A stretch of DNA of 63,756 nt, filler included, from Parasitella parasitica NRRL 2501 (lineage: Eukaryota; Fungi; Mucoromycota): NCBI GenBank assembly GCA_025201805.1. It is 15 parts of 15 records of this genome, joined end to end, with 100 filler letters (N's around TTAATTAATTAA, not from the genome) between each part and the next. Parts side by side here need not be neighbours in the genome. Positions count along the whole stretch, not along the records: positions 7,638 to 10,044 come from MU619562.1; positions 10,145 to 22,083 come from MU619332.1; 13 more parts are not named here. The stretch is one strand, 5' to 3'. The notes beneath the pieces were generated by a model that made no database searches, was not told the DNA's origin, and was given only the letters and a program-made list of their open reading frames with translations. Shown in pieces: positions 9,857-22,183 of the stretch (position 1 is its first letter; each line of letters starts with the position of its first letter). The position numbers were made by a program, and so were the translations under genes.

Positions 9857-10044
9857 TAAGAAAAAGGTTGGCCCAGGTTGGTCCAGGTTGGTCCAGGTTG
9901 GTCTTAAGTTGGTCCACATACAAATCCCTGATTGGCTATAATTTGGCATCCAGTGATTTTAAGAAAAAGGTTGGTCCAGGTTGGTCCAGGTTGGTCCACA
10001 TACAAATCCCTGATTGGCTGTAATTTGGTATACCAGTGATTTTA
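9857..10044 (-). repeat. Right repeat array: two units (~104 and ~84 bp), inverted relative to 7638-7752
   Basis: (aggttggtcc)n-acatacaaatccctgattggct-taatttgg...ccagtgatttt occurs twice, with 5 and 3 decamers. Confidence 0.93.
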
Positions 10045-10144
10045 NNNNNNNNNNNNNNNNNNNNNNNNNNNNNNNNNNNNNNNNNNNNTTAATTAATTAA
10101 NNNNNNNNNNNNNNNNNNNNNNNNNNNNNNNNNNNNNNNNNNNN

Positions 10145-10486
10145 TAGAAATAAGTATTTCTTCGTCACTTTTTGCTTTCAGATGAACATTTGTATGATTG
10201 TGAGAGCATAAATAAACTTTTACTCAAAACAGATGCGATCTTTGGAATGCAATACCTCAACAAATATTTGGTAGCAAATGTTACTACCAGCACAAAAAAA
10301 ACCGAAATGTCTCAGAAATAGTATTATGTCATTAAAAATGAGCTATCTCAACTTTTTATTTATAAACGCACATTCTGTGGCAAAATTATTTAAGTTCTCA
10401 CAAGCACATAAATACTCCCATGACCCTAATAATGTTCCCATTTAAGCACATTTATGTTTACCGAGAACATCCAGGAGGCCATAGTG
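10145..10486 (+). mobile_element. CACTA element right end
   Basis: Ends in gagaacatccaggaggccatagtg (reverse complement CACTATGGCCTC...); near-identical to ~15853-16197. Confidence 0.8.
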
Positions 10487-10792
10487 AGACCTTGCTATGT
10501 TATTGATATAACACGAAATTACCACATGACAGAATTTTAAGCGTAAGAAAGTTCGATTTATTTCAAATATAAAGCATAATTGTTGGATCAAAAAGATAAT
10601 AAAAAACCAAAGATTAACGAGATACGAAAACTAAAGATACTTTATTTAAGATCGAAATTGCATCTGCTATTTATACTTTTTACAACTACATAAATTTATG
10701 GTGACTTATTTAGATTACTAATTGAAAAGACTAATTCACAGTGGCAATCTACTTGACAGGGTACAATATGAGGTTATACAGCAAGGACTACA
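10487..10792 (-). repeat. Solo-LTR-like repeat; inverted copy at ~49084-49475
   Basis: Reverse-complement match to tgtagcccttgctgtataacc...ggtctcaca (TG...CA). Confidence 0.6.
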
Positions 10793-11089
10793 CGTCTTTG
10801 ATCTGACAGAGCCCTAACCTTTACCCTGGTGCTCAGATCTGTGTTACTTACAGGAATAACCTTCTTGATTTGAAACAGAGACTTTATTCTCCAATTTACA
10901 CAAGCGTATCACATCACATCATTGAACAATCTTCAATCTTCAATTGAAGTACATTGCCATGATCTCCTATCTATAATTATGGCAGATCATTGACATAACA
11001 TCTAGTTTTGAAAACAAACTTGAATTACAACATTTACCAGATTAAAGAAATAGAAGAAAACGTTTACAATATGATTGTAATGAAATGGC

Positions 11090-11700
11090 ACCTACTGCAG
11101 TAAATTTGAAAGATTTACGAAATAAAAAAATAAAATAAAAATAAAAGTGATATGAAACTACAATTATAATCAAGTTTGGGGTTCTTTATTATAAAAGTAT
11201 ACTGAGGTTTTATGTAGAGAAAAACATCTTAGTATTTATAGGATTTGAATTGTTGTATATCAGTTCTCATGAATGAAGCATTGATCCTAGAGTCAATGCG
11301 TTAATTTTTTGTTGTTTAACTTTAGGTTTTAAGGAGAAGGAAATTATGCTGAATGCTTTCACCATTGATGGAGATTTGCGTAACATTAGTTGGCCGTGTT
11401 AGGATGGCTATCGTCATACTATAGTTATTGTGTTAAAGATATCCTTATCTAGAATGATGGGAAAAACTCATTGAATGACGAGCTGCCATAATTGATACCT
11501 TTGTCATTGTTATTCTTATTCTGAATGTCTATTGTGTAAGGGAAAGCACATTGATCAGGAGTGTTTTCCTTCACACGACATTCATTGATAAGGTCTTAAA
11601 TTGTATTTGTAATTCGATTTGATTTATATATGACTTAATATGTTATGCGAACTCGAATGGCACGAATTGACTATGCGTGACATTTAAGTCTTATTTTTTT
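11090..11700. repeat. Dispersed repeat; inverted copy at ~22660-23278, fragment at ~23485-23565
   Basis: About 600 bp of reverse-complement similarity. Confidence 0.8.
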
Positions 11701-13048
11701 TTAGATACTTGCTTTTAGTTATACCATTCCATTGCACCTATTATTTGGCACCACAATTACATTAAAATAAAATCCAAATGGATCATGGCTGATCCATCCA
11801 AAATAAATATATGAAAAGCACAAAGTAAACTTTAACAAGTGTTGGTAGAGGCTTGTACTCCTGATCAAAGTACAATCTCATACAACCCTGGCACATGCTA
11901 ATGTTGAACAACGCTACTCATAATCACAAATAAACAAATTCCAAACATCTATAAACAATGCAATTGTTAAAATAATTGCAATAATTCTAGATGCCAGAAA
12001 TGGCTTGTTTATTACACAATAAGGAAAGCTCAGTCGCATTAGAAATAATCAGGATCCTCAAATATTACAATCCTTCCCAAAACCATAGTATCAATTTCAA
12101 TACCAACATATCGAAATCTCAACTACAATACAAGTGAGAGAATGTCAACAAAAGTCATTCTTCAAATAAGCTGTAAAATAAGCATTCTCACTGTAGTGAG
12201 GCAATTTTACAAGTAGTGCAGCGAAACGCAGTAAAAAAAAGTGTAAAAAAGTAAGATACGATTAAAATCCTTCTTCATTTAGAAAGTAGATTAAATGTGC
12301 AATAAGCTGTTATTTTACATCTCTATTTATATTATTTGAGTGTCGTCTTACTAGCAGACAATTGTTTCGTTATTTCTTAACCGTTCCATTATTCTTTATA
12401 TGTTGTGTTATGAATTCTAATCAGCCGTTCTGGCTTAGTAGTAAACTATCATACTACTTGTTGGGTTGATTAGAGATGGTCATTCATCAGGTCAACAGGA
12501 TAATTCTATCGTAGCTATTCTAATCTTACCTGAGTGTGAATATTATTGAGTTGTTTATTGACGTTGTTGATCTAACGATGGATCAAGGACGGCATTTGAA
12601 ACATAATTATTATTCATGCGATTAGGAAGCTTTCATTGTTTGATGAATTGTTCCTTTTCAGGCTTTAGTTTGTGGCACAACATGCTATTTTGACATAATA
12701 TGTCGATTTCTATCCCTGCTATATTTGTTTATCTTTGTAGTCATAGCTTCTATTGTTGGGAAGATGACAATATTTTATGATGGGAATCTAGTCTTGTTCA
12801 CTTCAAGTAGTATAAATACAAGCTCTCTTAAAGAGCATGTATCTTTTCTTCAGTTGTTTTCTTTTAATCGAAAATAGTCTCTGGGTTTATTTTTTACTCT
12901 TTTTTATTTTCACATAAAATTGATCCCAATTTTATTGCAATGATGGTGCTAAAACTCAAAAAGCTTGGTATATTCCTTGTATTATTGCTAGAGCAAAATA
13001 GTAATTTTTTTTTCTTTTCTACTTGAACTTTTTTTGGGAGGAAGGTAG

Positions 13049-13540
13049 TGTCAGTTGTTCACAGATAGACTTTGTGTGTAACCTTTTTAATTAGTATAAA
13101 TATTAATTGTATCTTAAAATAATAAAGGTGTCTTTCCTCTCACATATAACCTTCGACATACTGTACTTCCCTAATAAATCTACTCTAGAACATATATATC
13201 TGCAAACGACACTTTGATAGATATTTATATTGACTGAAATGTTACACATTGTCAGGTTCACACTGAACTTGTGTGTAACATTTTAGTCAATATAAATATC
13301 TATCAAAGTACAAAAGAATAAAGGGCATCTTTTTATCTCTTAATATATCTTATACTTATATCTTATAATAATTACATCTGTCAGTTGCTCACAGACTTTG
13401 TGTGTAACCATTTTAATTAGTACATAAATATCAATTGTATCTTAAAATAATAAAGGTATCTTTTATCTCATATATAACATTTTACATACTTCCTTATAAA
13501 TCTACTCTAAAACATATTTATCTGCACACGACAACTCGAC
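13049..13540. repeat. Cluster of short related LTR-like repeats, including a ~38-bp-arm palindrome (13211-13309)
   Basis: tgtcagttg(t/c)tcacaga...tgtgtgtaacc unit at 13049 and 13379; ctttgatagatatttatattgactgaaatgttacaca is inverted to tgtgtaacattttagtcaatataaatatctatcaaag. Confidence 0.7.
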
Positions 13541-13572
13541 ACTGTGGTCAATTGTCTGGTAAAAAACAAAAG

Positions 13573-13655
13573 TGAAAAGAGTGGGATTTGAACCCACGCC
13601 TCCGAAGAGATCACGACCTTAACGTGACGCCTTAGACCAACTCGGCCATCTTTCC
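13573..13655 (-). tRNA. tRNA-Leu(AAG)
   Basis: GGAAAGATGGCCGAGTTGGTCTAAGGCG-TCACG-TTAAGGT-CGTGA-long variable arm-GTGGGTTCAAATCCCAC-TCTTTTCA; full cloverleaf, anticodon AAG, followed by a T-run. Confidence 0.96.
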
Positions 13656-15529
13656 ATTTAGTTTTTGATACATGCGTATTTTTTTGTGGTGTCAACTTAC
13701 GATATACTATTTCTCAAAAAGGCAACTCATTTTCACGTGATGTTTACGAAGAGTCAAGTAATACGTATTTTTAAATGGTGTTTTGAATGCATGTTTATTC
13801 TCGAGATGAAAGTCAATCTAAATTTAGCCTCTTATTTTGGATTATATAATTGTTGCCGATGGCTAAATGTTGAAGTTCATGGTTACATTTTGACCTGGGG
13901 CATTTATTTTTACTTTGAAATGGAGATTTGACAGTTCGATTTGACAGTTTATGATAGTTTGAATTTAGAAAATAGACCTGTAGATGTAGATAGACATTAT
14001 GAAATCGTATAAAAACGATCATTTTATTTTTAATAAACCATATCGAATTTTTCTTTCTTTTACACTTTAGTTACTATTGTTATTTTTTCACATTTAACAC
14101 CAACTACCCTAGATCATAATTCATTTTCTCGATATACAATTTAAATAGCTCTTACAGTCTCCCTATTTACAAACAAACTTATATCACTTTGACTTACCTG
14201 CTCACTTACGAAGGTAATCATAAAAGAGAACTTGACATTTATCACTTTTTGTCCGATGTAAAATCTAATAGTATGCAACCAGTAAGTATAATATGGAGAA
14301 AAAACATGTGATAATCACTATGCAATGTTCGGGCAAATGTTAGATAAGAGAGAATATAGTAGACTTTGATTAACAGAATAAAGATGGTGTTTATTTAGTT
14401 CAGAGCTTGGATCGATGCACTCATCTCAATTGTAACTTCCCTTATTTCAAGATTCTTCTGTTCGGTGTACCTGTTATGGTTCTCAGCAGAAAAAACGTTA
14501 CTTGCCAGGTGCTCGGCTTCAGGTTCTTGTTCCATTTAGGTTTTTAAAATTTTTATGTTTCATGTTCAATCTAAATGCCTGTATTCTTCAATACAACATC
14601 CATCCATGTCGAACAAACATCTGACTTTGTAACCTTCTTAGACTGTCGGTACCCAACGTACTACTCTCGCCCTCAAAGCTGGATGCTGTATTGCTATTTC
14701 GTCCAAAAGTATGGCCGATGTCATTTTGACTGCAAGATTGTTCTTTTGACTCCAGCATGAATATCGACAATAAATACATCGTTCCTGATCTTCCTCAGAT
14801 AATAGATAGAGACGAGCACTTTGAATGTTATATAGTAGATAACAAAACTGGAGGCTACATTCAATCTGTAGGCGGTAGTAGAGAAGATAACACTGAACCC
14901 GTCTCAGCCAACTATGAAATTTGCAGATTCTGGCTCCTTGCTCATTTGTCGAGGGACAAGCAACATTATCTCAGTTCTGTTCCAAAGGGCCCAATTGTGA
15001 GAAAAGGAAAGCTTAGTGGATCATCAATCAGATTGGGGGAAATTGAACTTTAGGTTATATAAACTTCATGTTTTATTTATATTAATGTTAAACTATTTCC
15101 AGAAGTTACCATGGTTTTGTATTTGTCTGTCTTGGTTTCTAGAAATTGCTATCTATTTATAATATAAATAAGCTTATGTTTCTTGAGCTTTCTGGAAGGA
15201 GGTGCTCTTGGCTTGAACTTGCGCTTACCCGGCTTGGCCATTGCTACCTCCGGAATACCTGCCGAACCAGCACTGATATTTTGTTACAAATATAAATTTG
15301 TTGTATCCATAGAATACCGTGGTTACCATTATTTCAACTCAGTTGTCATGGCAACCGTTCCTGATCGGATCTAAGGTTAAATGGCATCGCTTATTCTACT
15401 TACAGTAGTAAATAGAGAAGTATTCAATAGAATGACTTGTATAAGAAACCATCCATTTGGGCTCTACTTATTCTAAATTGCGAAGCTCAACTTATCGATG
15501 AATGATTCACACATTGATAACGTTTATAT

Positions 15530-16197
15530 TTGGCATAATTGTGCTAACGTCGTATGTTTTTTAAGTTAAAATACCAGTTCATAAAGTTGTAAAAAGATAG
15601 ATAAAACAAAAGAAAAAGGCCAAGAAGAGCTAACAAAGAAGTTAAAATATGCGTTCGGTCATCACAATATGCAATGTTTTGGGCTAAGCATACAGAAAGA
15701 AGCCAATGGAAAAACACCGCTACAAGAGGTCATCTCAACATTTGAAAGCAAACATGTACAAACAAAATATATACTTTATTCAAATATATTGCTACTGGTG
15801 CTAGCATTATTACCACCAGCGTTTTCTTCAACATCTTGAACAACACTTTGGTTAGAAATAGGTATTTCTTCGTCACTTTTTGCTTTCAGATGAACATTTG
15901 TATGATCGTGCGAGCATAAATAAACTTTTACTCAAAACAGATGCGATCTTTGGAATGCAATATTTCAACGAATATTTGGTAGCAAATGTTACTACTACCA
16001 GCACAAAAAAAACCGAAATGTCTCAGAAATAATATTATATCATTAAAAATGAGCTATCTCAACTTTTTTTTTATAAACGCACATTCTGTGGCAAAATTAT
16101 TTAAGTTCTCACAAGCACATAAATACTCCCATGACCCTAATAATGTTCCCATTTGAGCACATTTATGTTTACCGAGAACATCCAGGAGGCCATAGTG
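15530..16197 (+). mobile_element. Non-autonomous CACTA derivative: internal segment joined to the right TIR
   Basis: Ends in ...ggaggccatagtg. Its 5' part matches ~17840-18180 and ~62700-63140. Confidence 0.75.
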
Positions 16198-18227
16198 TGT
16201 AGCTTATTCTTTATCTGTAAAAAATGAACTACCAACAATTAATATCATGATCCGTGCATTCTGACTAAGTTAGATATAACATTAGCCTTTATATGGATAC
16301 AACAAAATAGAAGATGCAACTTCGATCTTGAATAAAGTATCTTTAAGTTTTTGTATCTCGTTAACCTTTGGGTTTATTATTTTTTATATCCAATATCAAT
16401 TTGCCTAAGCATAGAATATAAGTGTATCGCCTGTTTTTGCTCTATATTTTAAATACCATCAGTTACTTGATATTTAATTTTGAAGCTAATGTAAATGTCA
16501 GTGTAGATGTAGAGACAGAGAGCGATTATGAACTGCAGAATACTATAGAGTTAATGATGAAGTCAAACCGAAGTAGTAGAAAACGAAAGTTTAACCCCAC
16601 GATATATTGTCGGTTTTCGCCTATTAATTGTAGAAGGTTGAATCTCATCTCAATTCCAATATTGCACTATGGCCTCGCCGATGTTCTCATGAGAGTATTG
16701 ATGTGCATGAACGGGAACATTTTTTAGAGCCAAAAAAAGTGCTTATCGAGCTAGGTTAAGGCGATAAATGTGCTCATGCGAGAACAAAAATTGAAATATC
16801 TTATGATCACATTTTTATGCTCAAATGAGCACATAAATTACTAGTTTCATAGGCTTAAAATTGCGCTCAAAAGGCTTGAAAAAATGTGCTCATGAGGCGA
16901 AAATGTGCCCGTACACTCAAAAAAATGTGCTCAAAAAAGTAAAATTTGCGTATAAAAATGTAGCTTTAGCTTTTGTTTATTTCTCATTGTAGTATGAACC
17001 AGTAGTTTATTATCGCTTTAATTTCATATCGTCACATACAGTATTGTCTTGATTATGTAGCCTTTGGTTGACACAGGCAATGATGGAGAACAGTGCAAGA
17101 TTAGCTATTACCCGATTTGAAATTGAAGCAGCTACTGAGGTATTTGCTACATAAAAAAAAAGCGCGTCAGTAAAATAAATTTTGTTCACGACAATAACAA
17201 ATAACCACCTACATTGATTGTGAAAAGAGATGATACACTAGATCATATATAATACTCGAAAAAAGAAGCAAGGAGGCAGCATCTTGAAAAAAAGTAGCAA
17301 GGTTTAGCTTCAGAACTTCTAGAATCCAGTGCAAAAATGAGCAACAAACCTCTCATATTATCGTATATGTTCAGATACCGGGCACAAAATTATACCTGTA
17401 GCATGCCTAAATAATAGAAGAGATTTAGTTTTAGTGTATATTAATAAAGCAAAAGAAGCAAACCAAAAAGTATTCAATACTACCTTGACATTGACACCCA
17501 AACGAATTAATGCAAAAAAGTGATTCATACATAGTATTATCTTTAGCTATTGCCTATATTCAGCAGTAAAAGAAGTCAGTCATTTAGTTGCTACAAACAA
17601 TTTAATGTACATAGCAATACCATGCTCTCATATGAAAGATTAAACTAAGCAGCGCCTCTATATATTATAGACAAAAGGATTAGTAGTTTGTTAGAATAAA
17701 CCCGAATACATACCATGATAATAGCAAAGCACAACACAAAGCTATACTGCAAGCTGTTCCTTAATGAAAGAGAAGCTACAATTTCTTATGATGAAACTAC
17801 AGATACGTGAAGATGTTATTACTCTGTATAATGTACTTATATTTGGCACACATGTGCTAATATTGTATGTTTCTTAATTTAAAATACCAGTTTATAAAGT
17901 TGTAAAGTTAGTAAAAACAAAAGAAAAAGACCAAGGAGAAGCTAACAAAGAAGCTAAAATATGCATCCGGTCATCACAATATGCAATGTTTGCGCTAAGC
18001 ATGCAGTAAGAAGCCAATAGAAAAACACCGCTACAAGGTCATTTCAACATTTGAAAGCAAGGCGTGTATAAACAAAACATATGTTTTATTCAAGAATATT
18101 GCTAGTAGTGCTAGCATTATCATCCCCAGCATCTTCTTCAACATCCTGAGCAACACCTTGGTTAGCAACAGGTGCTTCTTCCCTCTATTAAGTATACACA
18201 AGTAAAATTCAAAAATAAATAAAAACG

Positions 18228-18610
18228 TTATTGTGAATGGCAATAGCAATCTCTTACCTGGGCACGTTGGGCAGCTCTTGTTGCTCTGGCCCTCACGGCT
18301 TTAAAGCCTTGCGAAAGCAGGTTTCTGGCGCACCATTGCTTTTTGCAGAGGTGGATGGCAAAATGATGATGGGTAAACACCCTATCCTCCAAGGTTAGGG
18401 CATAAAACATTTGATCAGAGTCATCCACGTCCTTCCAATACAATGCGTTTGGATGCTCCAACAAAACCAACTCAACAACATCCCTAGCCAGGGCGTGCAT
18501 CTTTCTTCGCCTGGACGCTAATTGCCTAGTTGTCAAGGGAAGAGCGTTGGCACCGTTGCTGAGTTGATCGAGCCTTTGCAACAATGCATCGTATTTGCGC
18601 ACGAGCCCAG
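18228..18610 (-). CDS. Partial accessory ORF of the CACTA element, function unknown
   Basis: Open frame running into the gap. The motif YWKDVDD...Y...IHLCKKQWCARNLLS is shared with the relic at 36226-36570. Confidence 0.55.
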
Positions 18611-19451
18611 NNNNNNNNNNNNNNNNNNNNNNNNNNNNNNNNNNNNNNNNNNNNNNNNNNNNNNNNNNNNNNNNNNNNNNNNNNNNNNNNNNNNNNNNNN
18701 NNNNNNNNNNNNNNNNNNNNNNNNNNNNNNNNNNNNNNNNNNNNNNNNNNNNNNNNNNNNNNNNNNNNNNNNNNNNNNNNNNNNNNNNNNNNNNNNNNNN
18801 NNNNNNNNNNNNNNNNNNNNNNNNNNNNNNNNNNNNNNNNNNNNNNNNNNNNNNNNNNNNNNNNNNNNNNNNNNNNNNNNNNNNNNNNNNNNNNNNNNNN
18901 NNNNNNNNNNNNNNNNNNNNNNNNNNNNNNNNNNNNNNNNNNNNNNNNNNNNNNNNNNNNNNNNNNNNNNNNNNNNNNNNNNNNNNNNNNNNNNNNNNNN
19001 NNNNNNNNNNNNNNNNNNNNNNNNNNNNNNNNNNNNNNNNNNNNNNNNNNNNNNNCTGTGATACATGACATATTGAAGTTAACTCAAAAAATTAAACATA
19101 ATACGAGCAGATGCATACTCACAACCGATCACTAATAATTCAATAATAACAAAGAGTCACCATGAAGACTTGAAACATAAAATTTGCATTTGGGCCGCTG
19201 CAGTAGATGCATAACTACGCAATATACGACAGAAATCAAGACGGTTGTCATCTTCTCCATTGACAGCATTGATCAAAGCAACATCATATATAACAGAGAT
19301 TGTAGACATGATGTAATATGCTACATTGAATAGCTCCAAATCCATATTCATCAGAATCTGTACAAAAAATCAGATGTCAGCAAAAAAAATCATATAAATA
19401 GTGCAACAAATGTCAACCTGATTCATCATCATCATTTTACCAATAACCATT

Positions 19452-22083
19452 ATGTCTCAAAACTACGCACAACATAGAATTAGAATTACTGAGCCCATAT
19501 CATGCCCAAACGCATTTTGTGAGACTCAGTTGTCTTCGGCGAGGGCCTTGAGAAATCATCTCCGTTACTGTGTAGCTGAGAACACAGAGTTTGAACAAGA
19601 AAGAAGAGTTGTAATGCCAGCAATTATAGACGGCGATGGTGATGTCGAAATGCCTGATTACACAGATGTGGGTATACAAGCGGATGAAGATGTAAATGGT
19701 TTGCTTCTTCAGGAACAAAGAACAGAAGGTTAGTAAAAGCAAATTGCGGTTACAACAATCATTTTATACTCACACGCAAAAAAAAAAATTTTTAATAATG
19801 CGATAGAAGCTGGCCCAGTGAACACTGTTGCTGGTGATGATGAGACTAGTGAGGATGAAAGCGTTGTAGATGATGATGGAATTGAAGATGATGAAGACCA
19901 CGTTCGTTTGATTGATACAAAATACAAAACAAGTGGTGTCATTGAAGATGGTTCGGATGATTTAGCTTGTGTGTATGATTGCAGATCAATTGAGAATATT
20001 GGTCCAAACAGTTATTCCACATCAGAATTAATCTCCATTGAGCTGTATGATTTGATCAAAGAATTCAGTATTCCAAGAGATGCTTACCGAAAAATAGTAA
20101 GACTGATGAATACTACAATCCGGGACAATGACAAATTAGCAAGAGGTATGGTTACGAAAAACCACAGGATGTAAATATATGCAGTATACTTACCAACAGC
20201 AATTTCGTTTATTAGAAAGCGACCCTCAGGTCCTTCATGGTCCTCAGGTTGAGCGTATGATGCAGCAGCAGTCCACTTTGAGCGGTCATTCATACGATGT
20301 ATGTGAAAATGGCTGTAAACTCTACAATTTGGAAGACGATGATACTGAATGCCGCCATTGCTCGCATGATCGCTTTGACATCCGAAATTCCAATAAGCCA
20401 TTTTCGACGATGAAAATTATGTCTATTGGCGACGTCCTTTCTCGTTTGATAGCAAATCCTGTGACCCGAGAAGAACTTAGATATAGACATAATTTTGGTG
20501 CTGAACATGAAGAAGACGAGCAACCGGAAGATCCATTAGATCGAGTCATAATTCGAGATGTGTTTGATGGCCAAGATTATCAAAATCTTAGAGCTACGCA
20601 TTTTACAAACGAGTACGATATCGGCCTGTGTATTCAAAATGATGGATTTGTTATTGATAAGCGTGGTTCAAGACTTTTCAGCATGATTCATGTTTTGATT
20701 TTGAATTACAATACCAACAATCGCTATAAAAATGAATATTCTATTCAGCTTTGCATTCTTCCAGGCAAGAAGAAACTTGCTTCTTTTTCCTCTTACCTCT
20801 CTGTAATCTTGGCTGAAGTCCAGTGGCTTTCAACGCATGGTATGGTTGTCAAAACACCGGATAACATGGAGATTAGATTGCGCGCACATTGTCTAATTGC
20901 TGGTGGAGATATTCCAGGTAATACTAGTCAGAACCAACGCTCAACTGTATCCCGAAGTTTTTAATTCCTTCACTTTTGATACCTTTAGCTGTTTTCGATT
21001 GGAGTCGTTGTGCATACCATTCTTCAGAATACGGCTGTAGAATATGTTACAGTCGAGGAGTCCACCCAGATAACAGGCCCCATGGCCTTTACTTTCCAGA
21101 CTCAAATGCATCAATGAGAACCCTCGAAGATTATAGGGAAGCAAGCTCGAGCCTTGGATATAACGGCGTGAGCTTGTTTACTCAATTCTCTACTTTCTCT
21201 GGACCGCAGATGTTTTCTCTCGAAGAGATGCATTTACTTTGTAGAGGTGTCTCTTCTCAATTGCTGCAAATGCTGACGGTAGACCTTTCAACAAGCAACA
21301 CAAAGTTTTTTCACAAATACGAAAGTGGTGATTTCGAAGTTGAAAGCTATCCTTTCTACATTCCAAAGCTGAAGCTGAAAGAAATTGGGCAGCAGATTGA
21401 AAAATCAAGGCAGTTTATTCCTGTGGCATTCGATGGAGCATTTCAAGATGTCATACAAAAAGTGAGAGGTACACGCGCAGTTGATTACCTCGACATTGCA
21501 TTGGTATGTTTTTCATATTTAAAAAAAAACAAGTTAGAAACTCATTTACATCGTTTGCAGTATATAATCCCTACTCTCTTTGTCCCTGAATTAAGTGATC
21601 CACAAGCAGCAAAAGCCATCATGAAATTGACCAGAGGTATCTGCCTCTCGTTGCAATGGGAGTTTACGGAGCGAAGTCTGAACGAAATTGATGAATGTTT
21701 CCAACTCTTTCACGACTATTGCAAGAGAAAAATAGCTGCCAAGCAACTGTCTGTTTCTGTTTTCCGACCAGTACAGCATTATCTTGTTCATGTAACCTGG
21801 ATGATCCGTAAAATTGGTCCCATTACGGCGTATTCATCAAGAAGCTTGGAGAGGTGAGCCACAACACATACTGGAGCATGCATTAGTTCACTCTACTAAA
21901 ACACAATTAATTCAGATGTATTGGCAAGTTTGGAGATCTCATAACTGCTAAAGTACGTACCAATGTGCAAGCGTCCAATTTGATCGAAGTTGTGGCTATT
22001 CGAAACCACCTCAAAAGAACTTTTGATGCGAATGAATTCTTGCAAGGGATAAGACCAAGCCCTTACTCGGATAATTCGTATAG
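19452..22083 (+). CDS. CACTA/EnSpm-type (Transposase_21-like) transposase, multi-exon, 3'-truncated by the contig end
   Basis: N-terminal CPNAFC...H...C zinc finger; YDVCENGCKLY...CRHCSHDR; RDVFDG; QNDGF; ILNY; LCILPGK; GGDIP; YGCRIC; LEEMHLL; RAVDYLD; QHYLVH...GPITAYSSRSLER. Confidence 0.85.
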
Positions 22084-22183
22084 NNNNNNNNNNNNNNNNN
22101 NNNNNNNNNNNNNNNNNNNNNNNNNNNTTAATTAATTAANNNNNNNNNNNNNNNNNNNNNNNNNNNNNNNNNNNNNNNNNNNN

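Larger units (their letters stand above)
16665..22083 (+). mobile_element. CACTA/EnSpm element: left TIR, accessory ORF (minus strand) and transposase (plus strand); right end not in the contig
   Basis: Begins CACTATGGCCTCGCCGATGTTCTC, inverse of the ends at 10486 and 16197; gtgctca-type subterminal repeats. Continuity across the plain N gap 18611-19055 is assumed. Confidence 0.65.

Noticed and set aside
7638-10044. Fanzor/TnpB partner for the recombinase-like gene, as in IS607-type elements
   Set aside because: No RuvC-like or zinc-ribbon TnpB motifs seen in this contig or recognised elsewhere in the window.
14575-15053. Short ORFs that might be a decayed gene
   Set aside because: No motif I can assign and no consistent splice model.
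18522-19135. Long ORFs spanning N runs (also 25639-26411)
   Set aside because: Made of X residues from assembly gaps.
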